The notes beneath the pieces were generated by a model. That model worked only from the letters and a program-made list of their open reading frames with translations, was not told the origin of the DNA and ran no database searches. Below, one piece after another: positions 28,116 through 38,150 of a stretch of 64,000 nt of DNA. The first letter of the stretch is position 1. Each line of letters begins with the position of its first letter. The stretch comes from Acidobacteriota bacterium (GTDB taxonomy: Bacteria; Acidobacteriota; CAIWXX01). The position numbers and the translations under genes are program-made. The stretch spans positions 1 through 64,000 of the forward strand of contig JBFMAF010000035.1 of NCBI GenBank assembly GCA_040755995.1, written 5' to 3'.

Positions 28116-30089
28116 ATGGGAAAGCGCTTGGTGGTGCGGGATCGCTATCGGCTCGAAGACGAGCTGCGCGCGACCGATCGTTCGGCCGTGTGGAAGGCCG
28201 TTGATCTGAAGACGCAGCGGCGATGCGTGGTGAAAAGCGTCTGCCTCGACGCGGCCGGCTCGGAGGCGGGCGCGGAGTCGCTCGCGAAAGAGTCCGGCAT
28301 TCTCGCCAATCTGAATCACCCGGGCATCCCATGCTTCGTAGAGAGTTTCGCGGAGAAGACGCAGAGCGGCGCGACGCTCTACTGCGTCTACGAGTACGTC
28401 GAGGGCAGGAGCATCGTCGAGCAGATCGAAGGAGGCCGCCACTTCAAGGAACTCGACGTGCAGCAGCTCACGCGCGACCTGGCCCTGATACTGAAGTACC
28501 TGCACGGCTTTTCTCCACCGATCATTCACAGCGACATCCGTCCGGGTCACATCATCGTCGATGCGCAGAACCGCCCGCACCTGATCAGCTTCGGCGCGGT
28601 GAAACGGCGGCTCGGGTGGGAGCCGGAAGGGGCGTTGGCGCGCGGAGCCGAGGCGCTGGCGTATGAGCCCAGGGAGCAATCCCGAGGCGAGGCGAATGTC
28701 ACGTCCGACATCTATGCGCTGGGTGCGAGCATGCTCTACGCGCTCTCGCAGGTCCACCCCGACGAGATGCCGCATGACGGCGAGCGACTCGACTTCCGGC
28801 GCCTGGTCAACGTGACCGGGCCGTTCGCTGAGGTGCTGGAGCGGATGGTGGAGCCGGACTGGGAGAAACGATATCAGAGCGCCGGCGATCTGCTGCGCGA
28901 TCTCGATCGGCTGTTGGCGCCGCCGCAGGTCCGACCCCCGGCTCGGAGAAGGCCGCTCTTGCCGTTGGTGAGCCTGGCCGTGTTCGTGCTAATCGCGATC
29001 CTCGTGCTTCTCGGCATCCACCGGACTCAGCAGGTGACGCCGAGCCCCCCGGTCGCCCGGCAGCCCACCCCCAGGCCCGCGTCGGCTCCCAGTCTCGGGA
29101 CGGACAAGGCCGTTTACGCGCCCAACGAACCGATCGTGGTCACGTTCTCCGGGATGCCGGGCGCCGCACAGGATTGGCTGACGATTGCGCCGGCGGGCAG
29201 CTCGGCCCAAACCTACGGGCAGTGGTTTTTCACGGGAGGCAAGGCCGAAGGGACGCTCACTTTTCACGGCCTGGCGCCCGGGCACTACGAGGTGCGCGCT
29301 TACTACGACTGGCCCGGCGGCGGGTACGATGTGATAGGTCGCTGGGCGATCACGGTCGAGCAATCTTCCCCGAATTCACCTCCGCGCCAGCCGAACCAGC
29401 CGCCACGCGCAACCGCTGGTGGCGCACAAGGACCCGTCGTGCGCGGGAGGACCCTTTTCAACGGGACGCTTCTCCCGGACGTCACGCAGGTAGAACCTTC
29501 GTTCTGGTTCCGCAACGAAGAAAGAAACGTTGTCGAGACGCCCGTGGTCAGGTATTCGGAAGGGGGCTTCACGATTCACGGCCTCCCGGAGGGTACGATG
29601 GGTATGAGCGTCATCGTCGACAAGAACCCGGAAAACGGATACAGCTATCCGGGGGATCTCAGGACGTGGGAGGTATTCGAGGTGAAGCAGGACCGGACCG
29701 AAGATCTCGTCGTCGAGCTCCGCGAGATCATCCACCTCACGCTCCCTCAGGACAACGGCAGTGAGATCGACGGCTGGGATGCCGACTGTATGGACAAGAC
29801 TGCATTCGCGTCACCGGTGACGTTCGCGTGGGAACCATTGATGTACGGCGCCGAATATTCGGTGCGTGTCGAGGTGATGAACAGTCTCGACCACTACAAC
29901 ACGATTACTACACTTGTAGATAAATCTACGCCGGACACCTCTGTGACCGTCGATTTGCCGCCGAGCCGGACGAACGAATGCTACGGGTTCCACATCCAGG
30001 CTCGCAACGGCCGGACGCCCGTCGGCATGCTGATCACCCACGGGCGCGGCGGGTACGGCTGGGACTACCGTTTCCGCGTCGCGCGATAG
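28116..30089 (+). CDS. Membrane-anchored Ser/Thr kinase-like protein (probable pseudokinase) with extracytoplasmic domains
   Basis: Kinase fold (LNHPGIP, SDIYALG) but HSDIRPGHI, SFG and no Gly loop; TM helix; Pro-rich linkers. Confidence 0.8.
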   Translation: MGKRLVVRDRYRLEDELRATDRSAVWKAVDLKTQRRCVVKSVCLDAAGSEAGAESLAKESGILANLNHPGIPCFVESFAEKTQSGATLYCVYEYVEGRSIVEQIEGGRHFKELDVQQLTRDLALILKYLHGFSPPIIHSDIRPGHIIVDAQNRPHLISFGAVKRRLGWEPEGALARGAEALAYEPREQSRGEANVTSDIYALGASMLYALSQVHPDEMPHDGERLDFRRLVNVTGPFAEVLERMVEPDWEKRYQSAGDLLRDLDRLLAPPQVRPPARRRPLLPLVSLAVFVLIAILVLLGIHRTQQVTPSPPVARQPTPRPASAPSLGTDKAVYAPNEPIVVTFSGMPGAAQDWLTIAPAGSSAQTYGQWFFTGGKAEGTLTFHGLAPGHYEVRAYYDWPGGGYDVIGRWAITVEQSSPNSPPRQPNQPPRATAGGAQGPVVRGRTLFNGTLLPDVTQVEPSFWFRNEERNVVETPVVRYSEGGFTIHGLPEGTMGMSVIVDKNPENGYSYPGDLRTWEVFEVKQDRTEDLVVELREIIHLTLPQDNGSEIDGWDADCMDKTAFASPVTFAWEPLMYGAEYSVRVEVMNSLDHYNTITTLVDKSTPDTSVTVDLPPSRTNECYGFHIQARNGRTPVGMLITHGRGGYGWDYRFRVAR

Positions 30090-30096
30090 GGATCAG

Positions 30097-30828
30097 ATGG
30101 ATCGTCCAGCGGACCATTCTGCCCAAGCCCGCGGCGAATCGCTTCCGGCCGAGACCGTCCTGGGCATCGACAATGTGCCCATCACCCTTCCGATAGCGCG
30201 CATGGGCAGCCGCGTGCTCGCCTGCTTCATCGACTACATCGTCGTATTCGTGCTGGTTATCGCCTGGATCGTCGGATGGATCACCCTGCAGACATGGCTC
30301 CGCACAGGCGCCGGATGGGCCGTCGCCATCGCGATTCTCGGGCTCTTTCTGATCGACTACGGCTACTTCGCGGGACTGGAGATAGCGACCGGCGGTCGCA
30401 CGATCGGCAAGGCCCTCTTTCATCTCCGCGTGGTCACCCGCGCGGGCGGGCGGCCGGGGCCTGCCTCACTCATGATCCGAAATCTGGTCCGCAGCATCGA
30501 TCTGCTCATAGGCGTTCCGCTGGGCGCCATCGATCCACTCGCACGCCGCCTCGGCGACCGCCTGGCGGGCACGCTGGTGGTCCATGAAGCGGGCGCCGGG
30601 GAGCAGCAGACATTACGGAGGGTGCCGAGGAACTGGGGGCCGAGGCAGGTTGCTATCCTGGAGTCGTACTTGAGCCGGGTGGAGGACCTGGAGGCTGACC
30701 GCGCCGCGGCGCTTGGACGCCAGCTGCTCGACCTCATCAAGCGGGATGACCCGGAATTCCTGGGCGGGATCGACGCTGAGCTGGACCCGGTGGAGGCGCT
30801 TCGCAGAGCGACACAGGCCGATCGATGA
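30097..30828 (+). CDS. RDD family protein
   Basis: GSRVLACFID, GRTIGK, IRNLVR, RRLGDRLAGTLVV. Confidence 0.9.
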   Translation: MDRPADHSAQARGESLPAETVLGIDNVPITLPIARMGSRVLACFIDYIVVFVLVIAWIVGWITLQTWLRTGAGWAVAIAILGLFLIDYGYFAGLEIATGGRTIGKALFHLRVVTRAGGRPGPASLMIRNLVRSIDLLIGVPLGAIDPLARRLGDRLAGTLVVHEAGAGEQQTLRRVPRNWGPRQVAILESYLSRVEDLEADRAAALGRQLLDLIKRDDPEFLGGIDAELDPVEALRRATQADR

Positions 30829-31790
30829 CATACGCGCGCTTCGTGGAATTACGGCAACCCCTCTGGGACGAGTTTGAGACGGCTCTCCGCGAAGCTCGCC
30901 GCAGGCCGTCGCGCGTCACATACTCCGCCCTCGAGACGATCGCGTTCCAATACCGCCAGATCCTTCACGACCACGCACTGGCAAGTTCCAGGTATCCCCA
31001 GACAGGGGCGGCTATTCGACTTCAGAACCTGGCGCTCGATGGAATGCATTGGGTACATTGGGACCGGGGAGACCGGATCCCGGGCGTGTCCCGTCTCTTC
31101 TGGCGCGAGTTCCCATCGGCATTTCGGAAGCTCGTCCCCTACGTCGTGGTGGTTGTTTTCGCTTTTCTGACGGCGAGTCTGTTCGGGATCGCGCTGGCCG
31201 TGTTCCAGCCTGCTGCAGGCACTGCCATTCTGGGACCGGGCACCATAGACGAGCTGAGTCGAGGCCACCTCTGGACCGAGTCGCTGACGACCACGATACC
31301 GCCTTCAATCTCGTCATCCGCTATTGCGACCAACAACATGTCCGTGGCGATCGTGGGATGGGCGGGCGGGGCGGCCGCCGGGCTCGGCGCGCTCTACGTC
31401 GTGCTTCTCAACGGCTTCATCCTCGGCGCCGTATTCGGGATCACGATGTACTACTCGCTGGGTGGCGGACTGAGCGAGTTCGTCGTGGCACACGGACCGC
31501 TCGAGATCACCCTGATCCTGGTCACTGCGGCGGCCGGGGTGCGCATGGGGAGGGCTCTGGTTGAGGCAACGGACGTGCCGCGGCGGGAGCTGTTGCACAG
31601 CGCGGGTCGAGACGCACTGGTCGTGCTTCTTGGCTGCCTCCCCTGGTTCCTGCTGCTCGGACTGGTTGAGAGCTACATCTCCCCTTCCGACCAGATCCCC
31701 CTCTTGACGAAGGCAGCCGCCGGGGCATCCCTCGAAGTACTGTTCCTCACATTCGCCTGGAATCCATTCCTCCCGAAGGAGGCTCAATGA
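30825..31790 (+). CDS. SpoIIM (DUF95) family membrane protein
   Basis: IATNN, NGFILG, HGPLEI, GLVESYISP. Confidence 0.87.
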   Translation: MTYARFVELRQPLWDEFETALREARRRPSRVTYSALETIAFQYRQILHDHALASSRYPQTGAAIRLQNLALDGMHWVHWDRGDRIPGVSRLFWREFPSAFRKLVPYVVVVVFAFLTASLFGIALAVFQPAAGTAILGPGTIDELSRGHLWTESLTTTIPPSISSSAIATNNMSVAIVGWAGGAAAGLGALYVVLLNGFILGAVFGITMYYSLGGGLSEFVVAHGPLEITLILVTAAAGVRMGRALVEATDVPRRELLHSAGRDALVVLLGCLPWFLLLGLVESYISPSDQIPLLTKAAAGASLEVLFLTFAWNPFLPKEAQ

Positions 31791-32698
31791 CGGCATCGCT
31801 TCCGATCGGGCAGCCCGTGCCCTTCCGCATGCTCATAGACGATGCAATGAAGCTGGCTCGCCGTCACTTCCGTGCGATCTATCTTCCCGTTGCCGTTCCC
31901 TTGGCGGTGATGGCGGCAGTCCAGGTGGTCGCACAGGTGAAGTGGATGGCCTGGGCGCAGTCGCCCCGCACCGATGTCGCCCCGTTTCTGGTCCGCTTCA
32001 TGCTTCCGATGATTCTCATCCTCCTGGTCTATCTGCTGATCTATGTACTGGCCTACATCGCCATGCTCGTGGCGGCAACGGACGCCGTGATGGGGCGAGC
32101 CATCGACATGAAACGCGCATGGCGATTCCCATTTCAATGGCGCGTGCAGGGCACCCTGTTGCGCGCCGGGGTCCTCATCTTTCTGTCCTTCTTGCTGCTC
32201 TTCTTCCCCGGCCTCTACGTGAGCCTGCTTTACAGCTTTATCGTGCCAGTCATGGTCGAAGAGAATACGTTCGGATCGGCTGCTCTGCGGCGAAGCAGCC
32301 GACTTGTGAAATACAACCCGCGCCGCAGGTTCGTGGATAACCCGATGGTCAAGGTTTTCGCGATCTTCTTTCTCGGGTGGATCCTGGCTTACGCGGTCAG
32401 CATGGTCGTGCAGATTCCTCTGATCATCACGCAACAGGTGCTCATGTTTCGATCGATCGCCGAGGGGCAGGCGATGGAGCCGGGTGCGTTGATGGAGCGC
32501 CTGCTCTGGTTGCAAGTTCCGTCCAACGTGCTGGGGGTCCTCGCCTACACGGCGGTGAACCTGTACACGAGCGTTTGCCTGGTCCTTTTCTTCGTCGACG
32601 TGCGGAGGAGGAAGGAAGGACGAGACATCGAAGCTGCGCTGGCCGAGTTCGCCGGCATGCCTGCTGTGGATCCATATCGGCCGCCGCCGATCGGATGA
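31787..32698 (+). CDS. Integral membrane protein of the RDD/MoxR operon
   Basis: Multiple TM helices, ALRRS motif, DVRRRKEGRDIE; ATGA overlap. Confidence 0.8.
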   Translation: MTASLPIGQPVPFRMLIDDAMKLARRHFRAIYLPVAVPLAVMAAVQVVAQVKWMAWAQSPRTDVAPFLVRFMLPMILILLVYLLIYVLAYIAMLVAATDAVMGRAIDMKRAWRFPFQWRVQGTLLRAGVLIFLSFLLLFFPGLYVSLLYSFIVPVMVEENTFGSAALRRSSRLVKYNPRRRFVDNPMVKVFAIFFLGWILAYAVSMVVQIPLIITQQVLMFRSIAEGQAMEPGALMERLLWLQVPSNVLGVLAYTAVNLYTSVCLVLFFVDVRRRKEGRDIEAALAEFAGMPAVDPYRPPPIG

Positions 32699-32741
32699 GA
32701 ATCCCCCGCCCGGTGGATGTGTGTGCCGACGTGGTGAGAGC

Positions 32742-33449
32742 GTGAATCGATCGAGACTCCGCGGACTGGCGCTGATCCTCTATCTGGCGGCGGTGGAGCT
32801 GCCTTCGGAGGCCGGTATCTCGCATCCCGAGGAGGCGCAAGAATTCTCGGTTGCGCCGTCTGACAAGGTGTTGCTCGAAAAGGTCGTGACCGAGACCGGT
32901 GTCGAGACGACCCCGCCGAAACCTGCGTGGACCGACTACGTGGCACTTCTGGTCGAGACTCTGCTGAGGCGCCTGGCGGAAGCCCTCGATCCGCTCGGAC
33001 GGGGAATCACCCGCCTTGTGTCGTATGCCGGTTATGCCGCTGCGGCTCTTCTAGCGGCAGCGACGATCGCAGGTGTGACCCTTGCCGCCCGCTTCTTGAT
33101 CGAGACGCTTCGAGCCAGGCGAAAGCCCGTGACGGCTTCGGTTCAGGTGCTGCTTCCTCCCGGCGAATCCACGCCGGCCGCATCCACCTTGCGCGGGATG
33201 ATAGAACAACGACTCGGCGCGGGCGATGTCGCGGGAGCGATCGAGTCGCTCTGGTGGTGGCTCGCCACGATGCTCGTGGGCGCCGGCGCCGACGCCTCCT
33301 GGACCACGCGCGAGCTCATCCTGCGGGCCGGCCGAAAAGACCTCATGCCCGCCTGCCGCACGATGGACCGGATGATCTACGGATCAGCGAGGCCCACGAT
33401 CCCGGAGATCAGGCTGTTCGTGTCGCGGCTGGACAAGGAGATCGCATGA
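32742..33449 (+). CDS. DUF4129-like protein
   Basis: TM helix then SWTTRE...MIYG; operon position. Confidence 0.65.
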   Translation: MNRSRLRGLALILYLAAVELPSEAGISHPEEAQEFSVAPSDKVLLEKVVTETGVETTPPKPAWTDYVALLVETLLRRLAEALDPLGRGITRLVSYAGYAAAALLAAATIAGVTLAARFLIETLRARRKPVTASVQVLLPPGESTPAASTLRGMIEQRLGAGDVAGAIESLWWWLATMLVGAGADASWTTRELILRAGRKDLMPACRTMDRMIYGSARPTIPEIRLFVSRLDKEIA

Positions 33450-34537
33450 GGCGGTCGCACTGGCTGGCCGTTGCGGCCGTCCTGCTCGTCGTGCTGTCCG
33501 CAGCGGTCCTCGTGGGCACGAGGGGCGAGGAGGCTGAGAGCAGCGTGCTTTCGCGAGGCGCAGGGGGGTGGATGGCCGCGAGGGGATACCTGGAAGGGCG
33601 CGGAATCTCGATCAGTCTGCTGGATCGGCCGGTCGGCGACGACGAGGCAGGACGCACTCTCGTCGTGGCCTTTCCATGGCAACGGTTCGAGGCCCCGGCT
33701 TCTCTGGACAAGATCGAGCGCTACGTCGCATCGGGAGGTACTCTCGTCTATGCGTATTCGCGATCGCCGCATACGCCTCCCGAGGACGAGCTGATCGAGC
33801 GACTGCGACTTGCGACGAGGCGCGTGCGGTCGACGCCGCCGTTGCACCCGCTCCGATGGCGCGCTTTCGTCTCGGAAGAGTGGCGTCTGGCGGCGGACCC
33901 TGGACTGGGCAAGAACGCCCAGCCGGTGGTGACTGCCGCGCCACATTCGGTGCCGCTTGCGCCATATTCGGCCCGCGTCCTCTACCGCGGACCCGATGAT
34001 GTCGACGCGATTTTCGTATTCCCGTTCAGACGAGGTCGCGTGTTCGTGCTGCCCGCCGACATGCTCTCCAATTGCCGCGTCTCCAGTCCCGGCAATGCGG
34101 ATCTGCTGGAGAGCCTGGCGCGATTTACAGGCCCGGACCTGCTGGTCGACGAGTACCACCACGGTCTCTCGGCTTCCGTCCCCGCAGCGGCGGGTCACTC
34201 GCGCACCGTCCTGGACCTACTCGTGATGCACATGGGGTTCCTCTATGTCCTGGCGGTGGTTGCGCTCGCGCGACGGTTCGGACCGGCATGGCGGGAAGCG
34301 CCTGCGATCGCGGGGTCAACGACGGCTCTCCTGCAAGGCCTGGGCTCGATGCACGATCGGTTCAAGCACCACGATGAGGCCGTAGCGCGGTTGATCAGCC
34401 GCGCGCGTGAGATCGACCCGCAACTGAGCCTGCCCGACGCCCTGGTCCCCCGCACCAAGACCGCCGGCCCGAGGGATCTTCTCCGCATCGCCAATGAGAT
34501 CGGCCAATTTCCGCAGAAAAGGAGTAGCAGACGATGA
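33446..34537 (+). CDS. DUF4350-like protein
   Basis: YVASGGTLV, GRVFVL, DEYHHG, RRFGP; AAGGAG RBS and ATGA overlap. Confidence 0.75.
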   Translation: MRRSHWLAVAAVLLVVLSAAVLVGTRGEEAESSVLSRGAGGWMAARGYLEGRGISISLLDRPVGDDEAGRTLVVAFPWQRFEAPASLDKIERYVASGGTLVYAYSRSPHTPPEDELIERLRLATRRVRSTPPLHPLRWRAFVSEEWRLAADPGLGKNAQPVVTAAPHSVPLAPYSARVLYRGPDDVDAIFVFPFRRGRVFVLPADMLSNCRVSSPGNADLLESLARFTGPDLLVDEYHHGLSASVPAAAGHSRTVLDLLVMHMGFLYVLAVVALARRFGPAWREAPAIAGSTTALLQGLGSMHDRFKHHDEAVARLISRAREIDPQLSLPDALVPRTKTAGPRDLLRIANEIGQFPQKRSSRR

Positions 34538-35496
34538 GCGAATCAGAAACCGCCGAGATTGCCGAGAAGCTGATGTCCGTGCTGGACGCATTCGTGCTCG
34601 GCCAGAGAGAAACCGCCGAGTCGCTCTTGTGCGCCTACATGGCAGGCGGGCACGCCCTGATCCAGGGCGTCCCCGGCATCGGCAAGACACTGCTCGCGCG
34701 GTCCTTCGCCTCTTCCCTCGGCGCCCCCTTCAGCCGGCTCCAGTTCACCCCGGACCTCATGCCCTCCGACGTCACCGGGACCAACGTTTTCGACCAGACC
34801 GCGGGCACCTTCCGGCTCGTGCGCGGGCCCGCATTCACGCGGATCCTGATGGCCGACGAGATCAACCGCACTCCGCCGAAAACGCAGTCCGCGCTGCTCG
34901 AAGCCATGCAGGAAAGGCAGGTCACGATCGATGGAGTCTCCCACCCCCTCGATCCCGACTTCTTCGTGATCGCGACACTGAATCCGGTCGAGTTCGAGGG
35001 CACCTACCCGCTGCCCGAGGCGCAGCTCGACCGCTTCCTCCTCCGCATCGAGATGGGGCTTCCCGATCGGAACGCGGAGACGACACTCTACCGCAACGCG
35101 GCGAAGAACGAGCTCCCGGGATGGAACGACCCGTCGAAGCTGCCGCAACCGGTGCTGACAACCGACCAGGCACGCGCACTGCGCCGCGCATCCCGCTCCA
35201 CACACGTCGCCGAATCGTTGACCGACTACCTGATGTCGCTGACCAGCGCCGTGCGCGCGTCGGCGCACGTCGAGCTCGGCGTGAGCCCGCGCGGCGCGCT
35301 CTCGCTGCTCGAGACCGCGCGCGCAGCGGCCATCTTGGCAGGTCGAGACTTCGTCACCCCCGACGACATCAAGCGATTCATTGTGCCATGCTGGGGGCAC
35401 CGGTTGGTGTTGACTGCCGAGGCCGAGCTGGAAGGGCAAACCCCACGCCGCCTCCTGGAGGATGTCTCATCGAAAGTGGAAGTGCCGAAGCAATGA
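34534..35496 (+). CDS. moxR: MoxR family AAA+ ATPase
   Basis: GVPGIGKT, RLQFTPDLMPSD, ADEINR, NPVEFEGTYPLPEAQLDRF. Confidence 0.95.
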   Translation: MSESETAEIAEKLMSVLDAFVLGQRETAESLLCAYMAGGHALIQGVPGIGKTLLARSFASSLGAPFSRLQFTPDLMPSDVTGTNVFDQTAGTFRLVRGPAFTRILMADEINRTPPKTQSALLEAMQERQVTIDGVSHPLDPDFFVIATLNPVEFEGTYPLPEAQLDRFLLRIEMGLPDRNAETTLYRNAAKNELPGWNDPSKLPQPVLTTDQARALRRASRSTHVAESLTDYLMSLTSAVRASAHVELGVSPRGALSLLETARAAAILAGRDFVTPDDIKRFIVPCWGHRLVLTAEAELEGQTPRRLLEDVSSKVEVPKQ

Positions 35497-35502
35497 GAGC
35501 TC

Positions 35503-35544
35503 GGATTTCGGTTTGCAGATTGCAGATTGTGGATTGCAGATTTC
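35503..35544 (+). repeat. Heptamer repeat AGATTGC family x6
   Basis: GGATTTC GGTTTGC AGATTGC AGATTGT GGATTGC AGATTTC. Confidence 0.85.
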
Positions 35545-35643
35545 GGAGACTGCCCATGACGATGCTCATCACCGACGTCTCAGCGCACCGAACAGATGTC
35601 ATTGTCGAGTAGCCGGGAGCCAGATGCTGTCGTTCAGTAGTGT

Positions 35644-35683
35644 CGCTGATGCGGTGACGCGGCGACACGGAGACTCGGTGAAG
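35644..35683 (+). repeat. Octamer repeat CGGNGACN family x5
   Basis: CGCTGATG CGGTGACG CGGCGACA CGGAGACT CGGTGAAG. Confidence 0.65.
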
Positions 35684-35710
35684 ACTGGATCCATGATTTC
35701 CCGGTCTTCC

Positions 35711-35752
35711 CACTTCGTACTTCATACTTCATACTTCATCCTTCACACTTCA
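35711..35752 (+). repeat. Heptamer repeat TACTTCA family x6
   Basis: CACTTCG TACTTCA TACTTCA TACTTCA TCCTTCA CACTTCA, ending 7 nt before ATG 35760. Confidence 0.9.
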
Positions 35753-35759
35753 GATTGAG

Positions 35760-37094
35760 ATGCCGACACAACGGCTGCTAGTGATTGCCGCGGCGCTCAC
35801 GCTGCTCGTCGCGGCCGGAGTTGCGGCGCCCTGGCTGGCTTGGGCCGCGATCGCCGGCGACGCCGTGCTGTTTGCCGCCTTTGCTCTCGACTGGCTCCTC
35901 GCGCGCGGGACTCCGGTCACGGCACAGCGCGGGTGGCCGCCGCTGTCGGTGCAGGGGTCGCCTGCGGAGATCCAGGTCTCGTTCTACACATCGGCCCGCC
36001 GCGCTGTGCCGGTCATTGCGCGTGAGGCGCTGCACCCCGCGATTGCCGACAGACCGCTGCGTCACAGCTTCACCCTGAATGCCTCTCGCGGCGTCCTCTG
36101 GACGTACCCCCTCGTGCCGCGCCGCCGGGGTGTGCACACTGTTGGACCGCTGACGCTGCGGATCTCGGGGCCTCTCGGCCTCGCGCGGTCGCAGCGCACG
36201 GCGATCGCTCCGGCGCCGCGTGCCGTCTATCCGCAGGTGCGTTGGGACGGTGCCGTCGGTCGTCTCCTCACCCTCGCCCATCGTCATCAGCTCGGCGTAG
36301 CCCCCATGCGCTATCACGGCGCCGGGACCGAGCACTACGCGCTGCGCGAGTACCGAACGGGGGACCCGCCAAACAAGATCCACTGGAAGGCGACTGCGCG
36401 GCACGGACGGCTGGTGACGCGGGAGGAGACGTGGGAGCGGGGGATGAGACTTGTGATGCTCCTGGACGCCGGCCGCGCCATGGCGTCGATGGACGGATCG
36501 CGGAGCAAGCTGGACCATGCGCTGAGCGCCACGCTGGCGCTGATGCGCGTCGCCGCCGCCCGAGGCGATCGCGTAACGCTGGTGGCGTTCTCGGACCGGA
36601 TCGAGCGCATCCTGAGGGTGCGTGCCGGGGCCAGGGGGATTGCGCACGCATACGAGGCCTTCTTCGATCTGGAGGCGCGCCTTGCCGAGCCGGCCTACGA
36701 CCTCGCGGCGGAGACAGCGATCGAGTCCGCGTCCCGCGGCTCCACCGTCATCCTCCTTACTTCGGTGGTCGACCTTGCGGCGGCCGAGCTGCTGCGGGAG
36801 TCGCTGCTGCGGATGGAGCGCAAGCACCGCGCGATCCTGGTGAACCTCGAGGATCCCGAGGTCGCCGCGCTCGCGTTCGGCCCCGTCAGCACCGTGCAGC
36901 AGGCATTTGCCAAGGTGGCCTCAATCGAGATTCTTCTGAACAACCGCCGCCTCGCCCGGCGTCTCCGCCGCAGCCGAATCCGCGTCGTGTCGACCGCAGC
37001 CGACCGGCTGGCATGGGAAGCGATCGAGGCGTACCTGAACCTCTACCGCATGCGGAGAACCACGGCCATGGTCGCGGAAGTGCGAGCCCGGTAG
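35760..37094 (+). CDS. DUF58 domain protein
   Basis: LREYRTGD..KIHWKATAR, LLDAGRAM, SKLD. Confidence 0.92.
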   Translation: MPTQRLLVIAAALTLLVAAGVAAPWLAWAAIAGDAVLFAAFALDWLLARGTPVTAQRGWPPLSVQGSPAEIQVSFYTSARRAVPVIAREALHPAIADRPLRHSFTLNASRGVLWTYPLVPRRRGVHTVGPLTLRISGPLGLARSQRTAIAPAPRAVYPQVRWDGAVGRLLTLAHRHQLGVAPMRYHGAGTEHYALREYRTGDPPNKIHWKATARHGRLVTREETWERGMRLVMLLDAGRAMASMDGSRSKLDHALSATLALMRVAAARGDRVTLVAFSDRIERILRVRAGARGIAHAYEAFFDLEARLAEPAYDLAAETAIESASRGSTVILLTSVVDLAAAELLRESLLRMERKHRAILVNLEDPEVAALAFGPVSTVQQAFAKVASIEILLNNRRLARRLRRSRIRVVSTAADRLAWEAIEAYLNLYRMRRTTAMVAEVRAR

Positions 37095-37138
37095 TTGACA
37101 CTCCGGCCTGCGAACGACAAGATGAGCGCACTGGTTCG

Positions 37139-38071
37139 ATGATGGAAGAACAGACGCCGTTGGAATACGGGAGAACGCAGGCCCCGATCCTGCGGCGGCT
37201 CGCGGAACGGGGGCTTCTCTTCGGGACCTCGTCGTGGAAGTACGACGGCTGGCGAGGGATCGTTTACGGGGACAGGGCGCGCGGGCGGGGGATCAGCGCA
37301 TTCCTTCACGAGTACGCGTCGATCTTCCCGACCGTGTGTGCGGATTTCACGTTCTACCGCTACTACGACTCTCAGACGTTCAGCGCGCTGTACGATGCCA
37401 CCCCTGAAGGCTTTTCCTTTGCGCTGAAGGTGCCACAGGCTCTACTCATCGATAGATATCCCGACTGGTTCAAGGGAGAGATGGCCGGCAAGGACAACCC
37501 GGAGTTCCTCGACGCCGAGGTCTTCGTCCAGCGTTTCCTCGAACCTGCGCGCGAGCTCGAGCAGAAGCTCGGCCCGATGATCTTCGAGTTCGGGGAGAAG
37601 ACCACCTCGCTTTCGCCGGCAGACTTCATGGCCGCGGCGGACGCCTTCTTCACGCGTCTGCCTCGCGATGCCCTGTACGCAGTCGAAGTGCGACGCAAGA
37701 GCTATCTGACCGACGCGTACTTCGAGATGCTCCGCCGTCACAATATCGCGCACGTGGTCAACAGCCAGGAGAGCGCGCCGCCGATGGACGTGCAGCTGAC
37801 AACGATGCCCGTGCTCACGGCGCGCCACTGTGTTGTGCGAGCGCTCACGCGCCCGCGCGTCGGCTACAAGAAGTCGGTGTCGATCGCGGAGCCATACGAT
37901 CGGATCGTTCAGGAGTATCCGGAGGGGGTGACGGCGATGGTGGGGCTCGCGCGTCGTTGCGAATCCCAACGCGTGACGCTCTACGCCTATATCAACAACC
38001 GGCTCGAAGGGTGTGCGCCGCTGACGATCTCAAAGATACTGGCGGCGTTGGAACCGCCGTCGACCGGGTGA
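37139..38071 (+). CDS. DUF72 family protein
   Basis: GTSSWKYDGW, DFTFY, YAVEVR, YINNRLEG. Confidence 0.88.
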   Translation: MMEEQTPLEYGRTQAPILRRLAERGLLFGTSSWKYDGWRGIVYGDRARGRGISAFLHEYASIFPTVCADFTFYRYYDSQTFSALYDATPEGFSFALKVPQALLIDRYPDWFKGEMAGKDNPEFLDAEVFVQRFLEPARELEQKLGPMIFEFGEKTTSLSPADFMAAADAFFTRLPRDALYAVEVRRKSYLTDAYFEMLRRHNIAHVVNSQESAPPMDVQLTTMPVLTARHCVVRALTRPRVGYKKSVSIAEPYDRIVQEYPEGVTAMVGLARRCESQRVTLYAYINNRLEGCAPLTISKILAALEPPSTG

Positions 38072-38150
38072 GTCGCGTGCTGCCGGCTTTCATCTATGTC
38101 ATGGCCCGATCGGACCGGCGGCGTATGGAGACTACAGGAAGGAGATCTCT

